The notes under the pieces were generated by a model. It worked only from the letters and a program-made list of their open reading frames with translations, did not search any database and was not told where the DNA came from. 64,000 nucleotides of DNA from Andalucia godoyi And28 (taxonomy: Eukaryota; Protista; Jakobida): contig VRVR01000039.1 of NCBI GenBank assembly GCA_009859145.1, forward strand, positions 190,284-254,283, read 5' to 3'. The position numbers and the translations under genes are program-made. Of this stretch, positions 20,646 to 31,654 are shown piece after piece. The stretch's first letter is position 1, and every line of letters begins with the position of its first letter.

Positions 20646-23600
20646 ATGTCGTTGTTGAAAAAGGCACTGAAGGGTGCTGCAGAACATACGGCTGCAGCTA
20701 CAACGGCTTCCGGGTCGTCGCCATTGAGCAAACGTTCCGAGACGGTCTCAAGTAGTGCATCAGTTGTTCAAAGGCCGGCTGTGGCTTCGAGCTCAGCGAC
20801 ACCGACATCCACATCTCCCTCAGCATCCGCAACTCTGGCTGCGTCGGCGTCTGGGTCAGGTGGAGCCAAGAAACTGTGGCAGAAGGCTCGGACTGCAGCA
20901 AAAACAACCGCGATCTTATCCGATGCAGCTTGTATGATGTTACATGCCATTCATCTGGTCATGCGATATTATGACCGTTATTCTTTTCTTTTTTTTTCCC
21001 CCTTCTTTTTTTTTTTTTTTCACGCTCCGCATGACGGTGACTGTGAACGTGACTGCGAATACAACAATGAGAGAAGCTGTGCTAATGTTACGTGTTGTTG
21101 TATGAACAAATGAACGGTTGCAGTGGTTCCCGGGAAAATATATTCGTGGGGGCTAAGTGATTTTGGACAGCTTGGACATGGGTCGCGAGAGAACCTTCAC
21201 ACACCGCGCGTGATTGATGACATGCGAGGATTGATTATCCGGCACTTGTCTGTGGGATCCAAGCACTGTGTCGTTGTATCGGAGAACGGCGACTTGTTTT
21301 CGTTTGGGCTGAACGAGTATGGGCAGCTTGGAGACGGGACAGTGCAAGCCGCGATGCGACCCGTTCACGTTGGTGAGAAGCTCGGGAAGAAGTTCGTGCA
21401 AGCAGCGTGTGGTGAGATCCATTCGCTTGCACTGACCGACAGCGGGCAAGTGTATGCCTGGGGAGGGTCTTCGCTTGGCCAACTTGGACTTGGGGACACG
21501 GGAAACCAGCTCTCGCCGCGGCTAGTAGAGCCGCTGTCACACGTGTTCATCACCTCGATTTGCGCGGGATCTGGACATTCGGCAGCAATCTCAGATGACG
21601 GGCGGGTGTACATTTGGGGCTGGGGAGAGCATGGCCAGCTCGGCCTCGGGGATCTAGGAAATCAGCTCACTCCGCGGTGGATCGAGTACTTGCAGGGCAA
21701 GAACGTACGGGCTGTTGCATGCGGAGAAGCCCACACTATGGCTCTTACGGAGAGCGGTGAGCTGTTTTCGTGGGGAAACGGAGAAGATGGACGACTTGGA
21801 CATACCGCATACGGCAAATCGCTGTTTCCCGGACTTGTCCAGTCGGCTTTTGGCCGGGCCCGAGTGTCCGCTGTTGCTTGCGGGGATGAATTTTCAGTTG
21901 CAGTTACGGAGACGGGAGAGGTCTGGTCTTGGGGCCGGGGGTTGGAGGGACAGTTGGGAACAGGAGCAATTCGAAACGAGACATTACCGGTACTAATCGC
22001 GGGTCTCAAGGAGCAGTTCATCACCAACGTCTGCTGCGGATATAAACATGCCATGGCCGTGACCGACAAGGGAGCGGTGTATTCGTGGGGCTTGAATTTG
22101 AACAGCCAGCTTGGAATCGGCGCTTCAAAGGACGAGTACCGCGATACACCGCAGCTGCTGAAATCTCTGGAGGGAAAGTGCATGCGGCTCATCTCAGCAG
22201 GAGGAGACTCCTCTGTTGTCGTCGCCGGAGGATCGATAGTGCTGCCTACCAATCTGTTTAGTGCGGGCGATGGATCGGCTGGTGCCCTCGGATTGGAAAG
22301 CATGGAGACCGAGCAGGTACTGCAGCCCGTAAGTTCGCTGGATGGCAACAAGATCTCTTATGCGGCTGCGGGAGTAGCACATTCTGTGGTCGTCATGGAA
22401 GACGGCACTGTATATAGTTGCGGAAGGAATGATGCCGGGGCACTGGGAATCGGAATCAAGCCCAATGCTGACGAGCGTGGCCAAGAGAGCATACTCCCGT
22501 CACCACAGCTTATCCAAGAATTTGTGTCCAAGAAAAAGGTCATCCTGCGGATTGCCTGCGGAGCAGGCCACACACTTTGCCTGTCATCGACTGCGAACGT
22601 CTTTGGATTCGGTTATAATTTCAACGGGGAACTCGGACTCGGCCACCGTGATCACGTTGCATCACCGGAGTTGATTCGACATCTGGAGGGCCGCGGAGTC
22701 ATGGATGTGCAGTGCGGTTGGAACTCTTCTGCTGCCGTTACCGACACCGGAGATGTGTATACCTGGGGTTCGAACGGATTCGGCCAGCTGGGCCACGATT
22801 CGACAAACGACGAAAACCTTCCGCGGCTTGTCAAATCCATTGTATCCAAGCAGATTGTTGCAGTGAGCTGTGGCCGCTGTCATATGGCGGCCATCTCCTC
22901 GGATGGAGTTGCGTACACCTGGGGTCTCAACAACAACGGCCAGCTGGGCCACGGCGACACCACAATCTGCCTGACTCCGCGCGTTGTTTCTGGATTTGTC
23001 GGCAGAAAAGTCGTCGCCGTGGCTTGCGGTTCGTCTCACACCTGCATGATTCTCGACACCGGGGAACTCTACACTTGGGGCTACGGAAATTCCGGTCGCC
23101 TGGGTCACGGGGATTCGAAGGATGCCTTAGAACCCAGGCTTCTCGACGGATTTGCATCCCGCAGGATTACCAAAGTGTTCTCCTCTTCTGTTGCCTTTCA
23201 TACGTTTGCAGTTGACGAAGATGGGACGCTGTATGGATGGGGAGCCGGGAAACACGGCCAACTTTCGTCCGCCAAGTTCGAGAATGAAAAGGTTCCGATT
23301 CCCATTCGTGTGCTCGGTACCATGCAGATCACCCACGTCGCGTGCGGCGCCAAGCATTCGTGTGTCGTAACAAAGCCTTCTCTGCGATTCGAGCGGTTTC
23401 GTTTTGATTCCATCCCTTCGGGTTCATCATCATCATCATCATCCGCATTGTCGGATTCCAAGCGAGCAAAGTCACCAGGGTCGATGTCGGTTCGCAGCAG
23501 AGCAACGACTCCGGAGCGTGGTGGGGCAGGGAATCTGAGCAGCCGTGGACCGGGATTGAGCTCTGCTGCTGAAATTTCCTCTCTGGTGCAAAAAGAGCAT

Positions 23601-24356
23601 CAGAAAGACACGGAGATGCTTCGGGACCAGCTTGATCGCATGAAACTTCGGAATGCGGAGCTTCGAGAAGAGATTGAAGGTCTTCGTGTATCGAATCTGC
23701 ATCTTTCTGGAGCCAAAGTGGATGATCTGCAACTTGATGCGCTGGATCAACTGAAGGAGCAGTTCATGAGGAACTTTGGCAAGATCGAGTCGGCCAAGGA
23801 AGCGATCATCAAGACCGACATGAAGGACAAGGAAAAAGCACAGCTCCAAGAAATGGAGCGCATCTACACGGAGATTCTCAAACGTGCAAAGACAAAAGAG
23901 AAGCATGTCCAGGAAGCGCTCCTCAAGCTGCGCGATGTCACGCGATCTCTGGAAGAAAAAATACGCATTCTTCGAGAAGAAGTCGCCAACATCCAAGAGC
24001 AGAATCGTCATGTCCAGCTGCTGCGCGACGAAATCCAGGCGGATTCCGCACGATGCTCTGCCGTGGAAGACCACCAGCAGTTCCTTACGGCGCTCGAGAG
24101 CCAGCTGCGAGACAAGATCGCCTCGGAGCAGAATGCGAACACGTATCTCTCTCGTCGATACGAGACTCTGCTATCAGAATACGAGCAGCTCCGAGAGGAA
24201 GTCGAGGTCGCAACAGGAAAATACCGACATGACAAGAGTCTTGTGTTCTATCCCTCCGTCGAACGACTTCTCCTGCTCTCACTCCCCGAACTCGAAGAAC
24301 TCGAAAAGCGACACGTCCAGGCCTATCTCGCAGCAGCAACCGCACCAACCCCGTGA
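20646..24356 (+). CDS. Double RCC1 beta-propeller protein with Ser/Ala-rich N-terminus and coiled-coil C-terminus
   Basis: About 14 RCC1 repeats (GxVYxWGxNxxGQLG). Model join(20646-20931, 21124-24356) with GTATGA donor and CAG acceptor, phase 1, in frame. Confidence 0.9.
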
Positions 24357-24601
24357 ATCACAAATTCGTCATCGCAACAACATGTGCGATTTTTCAAGCA
24401 GTGAGCCACCCGTCGTAGTAAAAAGCATGACCCACTGCAAGAGCAAAGTACGCCCAGCATCAAGTTCGGTAATAGGCACTATGCAGCCATCAAGTCTTCA
24501 AATCCATTTCCGGGTTTAGAAAGGCGTTTCCTTTCCTCTTTTATATATATTTATTTTAACAGTTTTATTCCAATTATCAAGCAGAGCGGAAGATAGGAAA
24601 A

Positions 24602-24712
<111 letters not shown>

Positions 24713-24783
24713 GGAAAACAAGAATCGTATCATATAACACCTCCCACACATACGTACATAGACGCACGTAAAAGGAAGAAAGG

Positions 24784-26061
24784 ATGATGCAACCGAGTTC
24801 TTCGACGCCGTTACCGTTATCCATACTATCCGGTTCGCAACCATCAGGGCCACCGTTATCTTCAGGGTCCTTAGTATCTGCATCGGCTGTTGTACCGCCG
24901 GTGCATTTTTCGTTCTCCTCGTTTGTGGCGCACTGTGCGCAATCCTATGCGGTCCATGCGCTGGCGCTACTATCGTTTTGGGTGAGTTGGATGCATCCGA
25001 CTACCGCGGATGCGCTGGTGCTTGATCCCGGCGCACTGTATCTTTCGTCGCAGGGCTGGTGGACGTTTGTGACAAATATCGTGTGTGCACCGGGATTGTC
25101 GTCGTCATTATGGAGTGTTTCTTTTCTGGCGTCCTGCGCTATGCTCTTGGCTTCAAGCGCGGTAGTGAATGGAGTGGTGCGCGGGCTGGGAGAGGGCGTT
25201 GTTGGGGCAGTGTCGCGCGTGCGGATGCTGGGGTTCCTGGCGCTATGCCATGTGCTTGCATCTGGTGTGACATTTGCCGTTGTTCTGGTTCTGTTTGGCA
25301 AGAGGAGGCACATGGTCGTGGGCGGGATGGCCGGGATGCTCGGGGCGGCGTGTGTAGTTTGGAGAGCGGTGATGGGACCGGATGGCGGCGCGGGATCGGG
25401 GATCTTCCTTTTCCAATCTGCGTCTGCCTCGGCGTTTCTCCCGCGATTTCGGCATCTCCCGCCGCTTTTCCTGGCTGGGCAATTTGCTCATTCCATCGTG
25501 TTTGGCGCGCCCTTTGCGTCCACCGTCTGTCTCTTTCTCGCAGGCGCATCTGTCGCTACCTTTCTTGTTCCCATCCCCACCGTCTCCTCTTCTGCACTCG
25601 GATCGTCAGCTTCGTCGGCAACAGCAGCAGCGGCAACGACCGCTACCGCGGCAACAGCACTCGGGTGGCGAGATCTTGTTGGGCTTTTCATGCTCCCGAT
25701 TCGGGCTCCCGACGCAATGCCGCACATCCATGCAGCCCATACCCCGCTTGCATCGGCGGCAACGTCGTCACGAACTGCAAAACTGCGCGCATTTCTCACC
25801 CGATTTGTCATTCCTTTCCGTCGCAGCCACAGCCACAGCCAGAGTCAGAGTCAGAGTCAGAGTCAGGGCCAGAGTCAGGGCCAGAACCAGAACCAGAGCC
25901 AGGGCCAGTACGCAAACGCCGAGGAAGAAGAGATGCGAGCAGTGGAAGAGGCCGAGCGACGACGCAGGCTTGCGATTCGTGCCCTCGACCAGCGACTCGC
26001 CGATGTTGCTTCCCCGGATGACGAATACGAAGACAATGACGATGACTTTGACTATGCTTGA
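24784..26061 (+). CDS. TMEM115: TMEM115-like rhomboid-superfamily pseudoprotease
   Basis: Several hydrophobic helices, LVLDPG..WWTFVT, and C-terminal AERRRRLAIRALDQRL, which resembles the TMEM115 tail. Confidence 0.75.
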   Translation: MMQPSSSTPLPLSILSGSQPSGPPLSSGSLVSASAVVPPVHFSFSSFVAHCAQSYAVHALALLSFWVSWMHPTTADALVLDPGALYLSSQGWWTFVTNIVCAPGLSSSLWSVSFLASCAMLLASSAVVNGVVRGLGEGVVGAVSRVRMLGFLALCHVLASGVTFAVVLVLFGKRRHMVVGGMAGMLGAACVVWRAVMGPDGGAGSGIFLFQSASASAFLPRFRHLPPLFLAGQFAHSIVFGAPFASTVCLFLAGASVATFLVPIPTVSSSALGSSASSATAAAATTATAATALGWRDLVGLFMLPIRAPDAMPHIHAAHTPLASAATSSRTAKLRAFLTRFVIPFRRSHSHSQSQSQSQSQGQSQGQNQNQSQGQYANAEEEEMRAVEEAERRRRLAIRALDQRLADVASPDDEYEDNDDDFDYA

Positions 26062-26198
26062 AACGCGAAAACAGACTCTTGAGTAATTATTCATTAAAAG
26101 GAAAACAGAAAATAAGAAGAGCAAGAAAACGAAAACGACGTTGTACTTGTATTGCTGTTGCTGGTCTCCTGGAGGCAGACGAGTGCTTCTGGGGGGCA

Positions 26199-26672
26199 TC
26201 AGAACGTCTTGGGAACGGGTGCCGCGAGCTGTCCGATTGCTTTTCTGTGGGTGATCTCGCGTGCGTTCTGGCAAACAGCGCACGGCAAGCAGCAGCAAGA
26301 GACAAGGCAGTCGCCATTATCCGGGAATCCAAACTGCTGTCTCATTTGCTTGCGTTGCTGGCACTGAACGTACACAGGGATGGCGAAAGTAACCCACCAC
26401 ATCCCGGCTGCCCAAAGCAAGCATCCAAGGCACCAGTCCATGCCTTCCATGGGACGTTTTTCCAAGGCTGCCTTGGTCTCCATCATCGAGCAGCCAAAGC
26501 AGCACCAGCCGTAGCAGCACACTCCAAAGTCCTCCATGCACGAGCACAGCCCAGACGAGTAGTCCGACATCGGAGCCTGGGCTACCACAGCAGGAGCTCC
26601 CATCGCGGGTGCCGAGGCATATGGGTTCGGTTGCGCTTGCTGCGCGGGCGGGGCGGCATACGGTCCTGACAT
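26199..26672 (-). CDS. PLAC8 (Cys-rich) domain protein, tandem copy 1
   Basis: YSSGLCSCMEDFGVCCYGWCCFGC...DCLVSCCCLPCAVCQNAREI. Start MSGPYA at 26672. Confidence 0.92.
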   Translation of the reverse strand: MSGPYAAPPAQQAQPNPYASAPAMGAPAVVAQAPMSDYSSGLCSCMEDFGVCCYGWCCFGCSMMETKAALEKRPMEGMDWCLGCLLWAAGMWWVTFAIPVYVQCQQRKQMRQQFGFPDNGDCLVSCCCLPCAVCQNAREITHRKAIGQLAAPVPKTF

Positions 26673-27041
26673 TTCCCCTCTGCTCTTCGTACTCGGATCA
26701 CGGAAGCAAACAAGTAACTCCAACAAACGAATCAGGAGAGGGAAAAAATGAAATAGAAAAAATGAAATGGAAAAAATTCAAAGACAAAAACATCTATGAG
26801 AAGAAGAGCGCTTCAGGTCTTGCCCTGGTTGTCATGTTGTCATGTTGTCATGTTGTCAGTGTCGGTTTGTCACTTGTCTGCCTCGGTCGTTCGGGGTACG
26901 TCCGCAGCCTCCAAAAAACAAAAGCAAAAACAAACTTCTGTAAAGAATGGGGATTTTTCCTTTTCCTTGCTTCTTTGGTTCCCGATGTTTTGGGTCTGTT
27001 TTACAGTCGACAGCAAGAAAGCGAAATACAAGGAAGGGAGC

Positions 27042-27503
27042 TTAGAGGGGTTTAGGGATGGGGACTGGGAGCTGTCCGATAGCCTTTCTATGTTTGATCT
27101 CGCGTGCGTTTTGGCAGATGGCGCATGGCAAGCAGCAACAAGATGGCAGGCAGTCGTTGGCCTGTGGGAAGTTGAACTGCTGTCTCATTTGTTCTCTCTG
27201 TTTGCAGACGACGAACACGTGGATAGGGCACGTAAAGATCCAGCCTGTAGCGGCCCAGAGCAGACATCCAAGGCACCAATCCAAGCCCTCCATCGGTCGC
27301 TGTTCCAGCGCAGTTTTGTTCATCATCGTCACACATCCGTTGCAGCACCAGCCTGCACAGCACAGCTCAAAGTCCTCGAGACACGAGCACAGTCCAGAAG
27401 AGTAGTCCGACAGTGGCGCTACCGTCGATGCAACAACAGGTGCACTCGCATAAGGGTTCGGCTGCGCTTGGGCAGGAGGCGGAGAAGCATAAGGTCCAGA
27501 CAT
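27042..27503 (-). CDS. PLAC8 domain protein, tandem copy 2
   Basis: YSSGLCSCLEDFELCCAGWCC...SCCCLPCAICQNAREI. Start MSGPYA at 27503. Clear paralogue of copy 1. Confidence 0.92.
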   Translation of the reverse strand: MSGPYASPPPAQAQPNPYASAPVVASTVAPLSDYSSGLCSCLEDFELCCAGWCCNGCVTMMNKTALEQRPMEGLDWCLGCLLWAATGWIFTCPIHVFVVCKQREQMRQQFNFPQANDCLPSCCCLPCAICQNAREIKHRKAIGQLPVPIPKPL

Positions 27504-28030
27504 TTTTTTTTCTTCCTTTTTTTCTTTTTTGATTTTCTCTTGACGACTATCAGACAATAAAAAATAAAAAATAAAAAATAAATAGATAAATAAATAAATA
27601 GATAAATATAATATATATAAAGAAGAACCCAGACAAAAGGGAAAAGGAAATCGAAAAGGAAAAGGAAAAGGAAAAGGAAAAGGAGGAAAAAGGAAAACCA
27701 AAGAAAAGAGAGTCCTTTTGGGGTTGTTTCAGGACAGGGGAAGCTATGGGGCACGCTGCAGCACGATTCGTTTGGGCTGCGCAAGGATGGATCGCTTTTC
27801 TCTCTCTTTTGTGTTGTTCTTTCTGATGAGCTGTCGACGATTGGCGATTTGATAAGACGCTGAGAATTGGGCAAACCTCGTGTCTCCTCCATAAGGGTTT
27901 TCTTTTGCCTATTTTTTAATTTTGTTCTGGCTCGTTTCATTTCGTTTCTTGTTTTTGTTGTTCATATGCATATAAATATATATATACTTGGGGGAGGATA
28001 CCATACAATTGCTTTGGGGGGAGGTACCAG

Positions 28031-29098
28031 GTGCTTGGGAAGAGGGCCAGGACAGGGCGCGAAGGGCGCAGAATGGATGGGATTGACCGCGTGTTCCGGA
28101 TGGTTCGAGAGGGCACGGCATTGTTATGTGATCTTTTGAAGGCAGAGAGGACGAGGGTTGAGGAGGCGTGTGTGCGGCAACGGGAAGAGACTGCGGCGCT
28201 GGAAAAGGAGTGTTGCGAGCGGGTCGCGGAACTGCAATCTCAAATCAGCAAGAAGCGTTCGGAGCATGTTTGCTTGCTGAACACTCGATTGGCAAAGACT
28301 CTGCGCTGGGATCCATCTGCATTTCTTCTCCATGGCTCTTCTGGTGTTTCCTTGGACGGCGCAGACAGCAACTGTGGTCAGAAAGCGGAAGAGGCACAGG
28401 AGATTGAAGAGGAAGTGGAGATAGTGGGGGTAGAGAAGGGAAAGAAGAAGAGATCTGATGGCGCGCAGATAGACTTGTCGAGTTCGCAAACGACGATTGG
28501 GACGATCCAGGATGATGAGGATACACAGTCATTCCCATCAGGACCAGTGTCACTCTATAACCCCCCACCGCCATCGTCGGAGGCAGTGGTGGCGCTGCGG
28601 CTGTCAATGGGTCTTGGGACGCAAACGGACTTTTCATACAGTCCGAGCATGTTTGTCGAGAAGCAAGAACCATATGATGATCAGGGTAACAACAACAACA
28701 ACAACGACGACGACGACGATGATGATGATAGACAGCCATTCGCAAAGAACAGGCGACTGGCAGTTGAAAGTGCCAAAGGTACTGAGGATCAGGAGGAAGA
28801 GGGAGAGGAGATGATGCAGCACACCAGAGGGACGACGTTTTTGCGGAAGAGGACGGTTGATGTTGATGCCGGTGCTGAAAGAGAGTCGCTGTGGACAGCA
28901 AAGAGGCAGACAGCAAAGAGCAGCTCGGTATCGCAGGCGAAAATCACATCATTTATGAGCAGTGACACTGTTCTGTCGTCGCCACACACAAACGGGAAGC
29001 CCAGTCCCTCAACGACTCCGGGATCCGCAAATGAGTTTTTCGATACTGACGAAAACCAATGCTTGGTGTTTCTGCAAGCTTCCATGCACCGAAGTTGA
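28031..29098 (+). CDS. Hypothetical low-complexity protein with N-terminal coiled coil and a PIP-box-like motif
   Basis: 355-aa ORF with coding-like acidic composition; QAKITSFM resembles a PIP box. The real start may be the ATG at 28075 (MDGIDR). Confidence 0.55.
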   Translation: MLGKRARTGREGRRMDGIDRVFRMVREGTALLCDLLKAERTRVEEACVRQREETAALEKECCERVAELQSQISKKRSEHVCLLNTRLAKTLRWDPSAFLLHGSSGVSLDGADSNCGQKAEEAQEIEEEVEIVGVEKGKKKRSDGAQIDLSSSQTTIGTIQDDEDTQSFPSGPVSLYNPPPPSSEAVVALRLSMGLGTQTDFSYSPSMFVEKQEPYDDQGNNNNNNDDDDDDDDRQPFAKNRRLAVESAKGTEDQEEEGEEMMQHTRGTTFLRKRTVDVDAGAERESLWTAKRQTAKSSSVSQAKITSFMSSDTVLSSPHTNGKPSPSTTPGSANEFFDTDENQCLVFLQASMHRS

Positions 29099-29911
29099 GC
29101 ACTTCTTTTCCCTGGTGTGCCTTCTGAAAATCCAAAGAATTGTCTGTGCAGTTCTTGCTCGGCTTCGACGGTTTCTCTCCCATGGTGGACGGCTGTGGGT
29201 CGGCAAAAAGCGGGCTGTCGAATGCCAGATCAGACGATGCAACGGTCTCAACAGAAAGGGGTTGTGTGTGTGTGTGTGGGTTGTCTCTTGAGCGGCTGCC
29301 GCAGCGCCTACATTATACACTGAACATGCATATCTACGAATAGACATGCATATTCAATCTTGCATCCGATCAATCGGTGAGCAACACGCGGGACATGCAA
29401 ACACTTTGCTTCCGCCGTTCGCGATACTCGGTCGCCTTATGGAACAACGTTGCTGGAATTGGAAGGTCTTGCAGCGGATTCGACGATGATGTTTTTGAGT
29501 ACCGTCTGAGAGGTCTCAAACTGGTGTCACAGGCGGAATTTTGGCCGAGCGCGCGTAAGCATGAATTCCTGTGAAACAAAAAGTGCTAGTGTCGGCCAGT
29601 TTGACCGTGCCTGTTTATGTTTACTCTCGCATGCATGACAATAGCGTGTTTTTGTTCAACGGCATCGATTCGTTTCGGTTCCCCTATATTCTTGCTGCCT
29701 CTTTCTTTCTTTCTTTTCTTTTCTTTTCTTTTCTTTTTTGATTCTACTTTTTTAATGTATTTTAATATTATTTATATTCTGTATTTTTGGTTTGGAAAGT
29801 TGGAATCGTTTTTATTCTATTATTCTATTTCCCCCGCCCTTTTCCAAAAAGCAATCCCAGATCTCTTTTTTAAAAGATAATAATACTAATCAGCGGTTGG
29901 AATGGGCAGCC

Positions 29912-31510
29912 ATGGCCAGCTATTGGGATCGGTTTCACGCCACAGGCAAGTTCTTGTGGTCTGACGTGCCCGGGGATCGCGAAAAAGGAATTCAGGAAAT
30001 GGAGGAGCTGTGCACATTAGACCCCAATCAGTATTGGTCGTATTATAATCTTGGACTTGTTTATTTGTGGCGGTGCAAGCCACCCAGAACGGAAGATGCG
30101 GAGCGGTGTGTGACCATTGCGTGCAAGAACGGAAAAGGTCATGCGGACTTTGACGAGAATGCAGATGTGCAGACTGGTATCCGCGATGCGCTGGCCGAAT
30201 GCAGGAAACGGCGCGAAAACGCAGGAAATCTGCTGATTTGCGACCCGGACTTCGCAGAGAGGTTCTGGGCACTTGTAAAGCAGGCGAACGAGTTGGCGTG
30301 GATGCAGAAAGACTACCGTGAAGCGTGCGTGCGGTTTGAGACGCTGAACAGCATGTACGCCGGACACTGGATACCGCATTACAATCTCGCTGTTCTTAAT
30401 CTGTATCACTGCAACCCCCGCAATGTTCTCAAGTCGTTGGCGGCAGTGGAGAAGTTTTTTGCCTTGCTGCCAACCTTTGGGACGATTGACGACCACGATC
30501 GCGTGGTTCGGACTTGTCGAACTGTTCAGTGCGCATGCTATCTGCTGACCGGAGATGTCGCAAGGGCTGTCGAGCATTGCAGATACGGAGAGCCCTCCGA
30601 CAGTGCTGGATGGGAGTTTCTGTGTCGACGCAAACGTCTGACCATCAGGATGAACCTGGATCTGGAAGCGTTGTCGAAAAAGTACGGGTTCGCTGCGGAT
30701 CAAGTCGTTCGCATCTCCTTGCCGCTGGAGCACGGCACTGCAGGCATCACGCTGGAAAATTATGCGGTCTCATCAACTGAATTGAACACTCTGTTTTCTG
30801 CGAAGAGGGCTCCATCCGGCCATTTGGAGATTCGAAAGACTGCTTCGGCGACTCGGTTTCCAAAGTCTATCACGCTGACCATGCAAGTCATTGCGGTTCC
30901 CGTCAGCTTTCGGAACAAACAGGCACTAGTAGACTTCCAAGAAGTGACGGATCGGAACGATCCGCTGTGGAAGTTCGTTGATCCATCCGAGTATGCGGCC
31001 CTCAAAGACGATGTCGCGTTTCACCAACTCGTGCGCGACGTCACAGCCCCGTTCAACACTCTTTCTGAAAAGGTAGAGGCGATTCTGACACACATCCGTT
31101 CCAACTACACATGGGATGCACTGCAAGCGCTGTGCAAGCCAAGCGAAATGTTGAAGCGCGGAAAAGGCGACTGCTTCACGTTCTCCCTGATGGGAATGAG
31201 TGCGCTGCGGGTTCTTAACATTCCGGCTCGATGTGTGTACGGCATTGTTGTACAGGATCCACCATGTGAGCATCCGACTCACTTCATATGCTACGCGTAT
31301 TCTGTCCCGTTGAAGAGCTGGGTCCCCATTGAAGTGCAGTCCCCCAACTATGGTATATCCACTGCGTTATTCGCCGTACCGTTTACCTGGTCCAAAAATA
31401 CGGATGTTCTGTATCGCGATGACGACAGTGTTCTGTGCTACGACACTACCATGGAGTTCTTTCCAAATGTTCCTCCGACGTCCTCACGTACCGTGGAATA
31501 TCTTGACTAA
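29912..31510 (+). CDS. TPR repeat plus transglutaminase-like (papain-fold) domain protein
   Basis: Two TPR-like blocks (SYYNLGLVYL, PHYNLAVLNL). Core motif GDCFTFSLMGMSALRVLNIPARCVYG, followed by His (HFICY) and WVPIEVQ. Likely start ATG at 29912. Confidence 0.85.
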   Translation: MASYWDRFHATGKFLWSDVPGDREKGIQEMEELCTLDPNQYWSYYNLGLVYLWRCKPPRTEDAERCVTIACKNGKGHADFDENADVQTGIRDALAECRKRRENAGNLLICDPDFAERFWALVKQANELAWMQKDYREACVRFETLNSMYAGHWIPHYNLAVLNLYHCNPRNVLKSLAAVEKFFALLPTFGTIDDHDRVVRTCRTVQCACYLLTGDVARAVEHCRYGEPSDSAGWEFLCRRKRLTIRMNLDLEALSKKYGFAADQVVRISLPLEHGTAGITLENYAVSSTELNTLFSAKRAPSGHLEIRKTASATRFPKSITLTMQVIAVPVSFRNKQALVDFQEVTDRNDPLWKFVDPSEYAALKDDVAFHQLVRDVTAPFNTLSEKVEAILTHIRSNYTWDALQALCKPSEMLKRGKGDCFTFSLMGMSALRVLNIPARCVYGIVVQDPPCEHPTHFICYAYSVPLKSWVPIEVQSPNYGISTALFAVPFTWSKNTDVLYRDDDSVLCYDTTMEFFPNVPPTSSRTVEYLD

Positions 31511-31654
31511 GCAGCAAATCTTCTCCCCTTGTCTTCACGCCCTCTTTCCTTCTTCAATTTCATTTCATTTCATTTCATTTAATTAAAAAAAATAATATAT
31601 ATATATAAGAGATTAGAAAGGCAGCAAAGAAGAGATTCGTCAGCGGGGGAAAAG

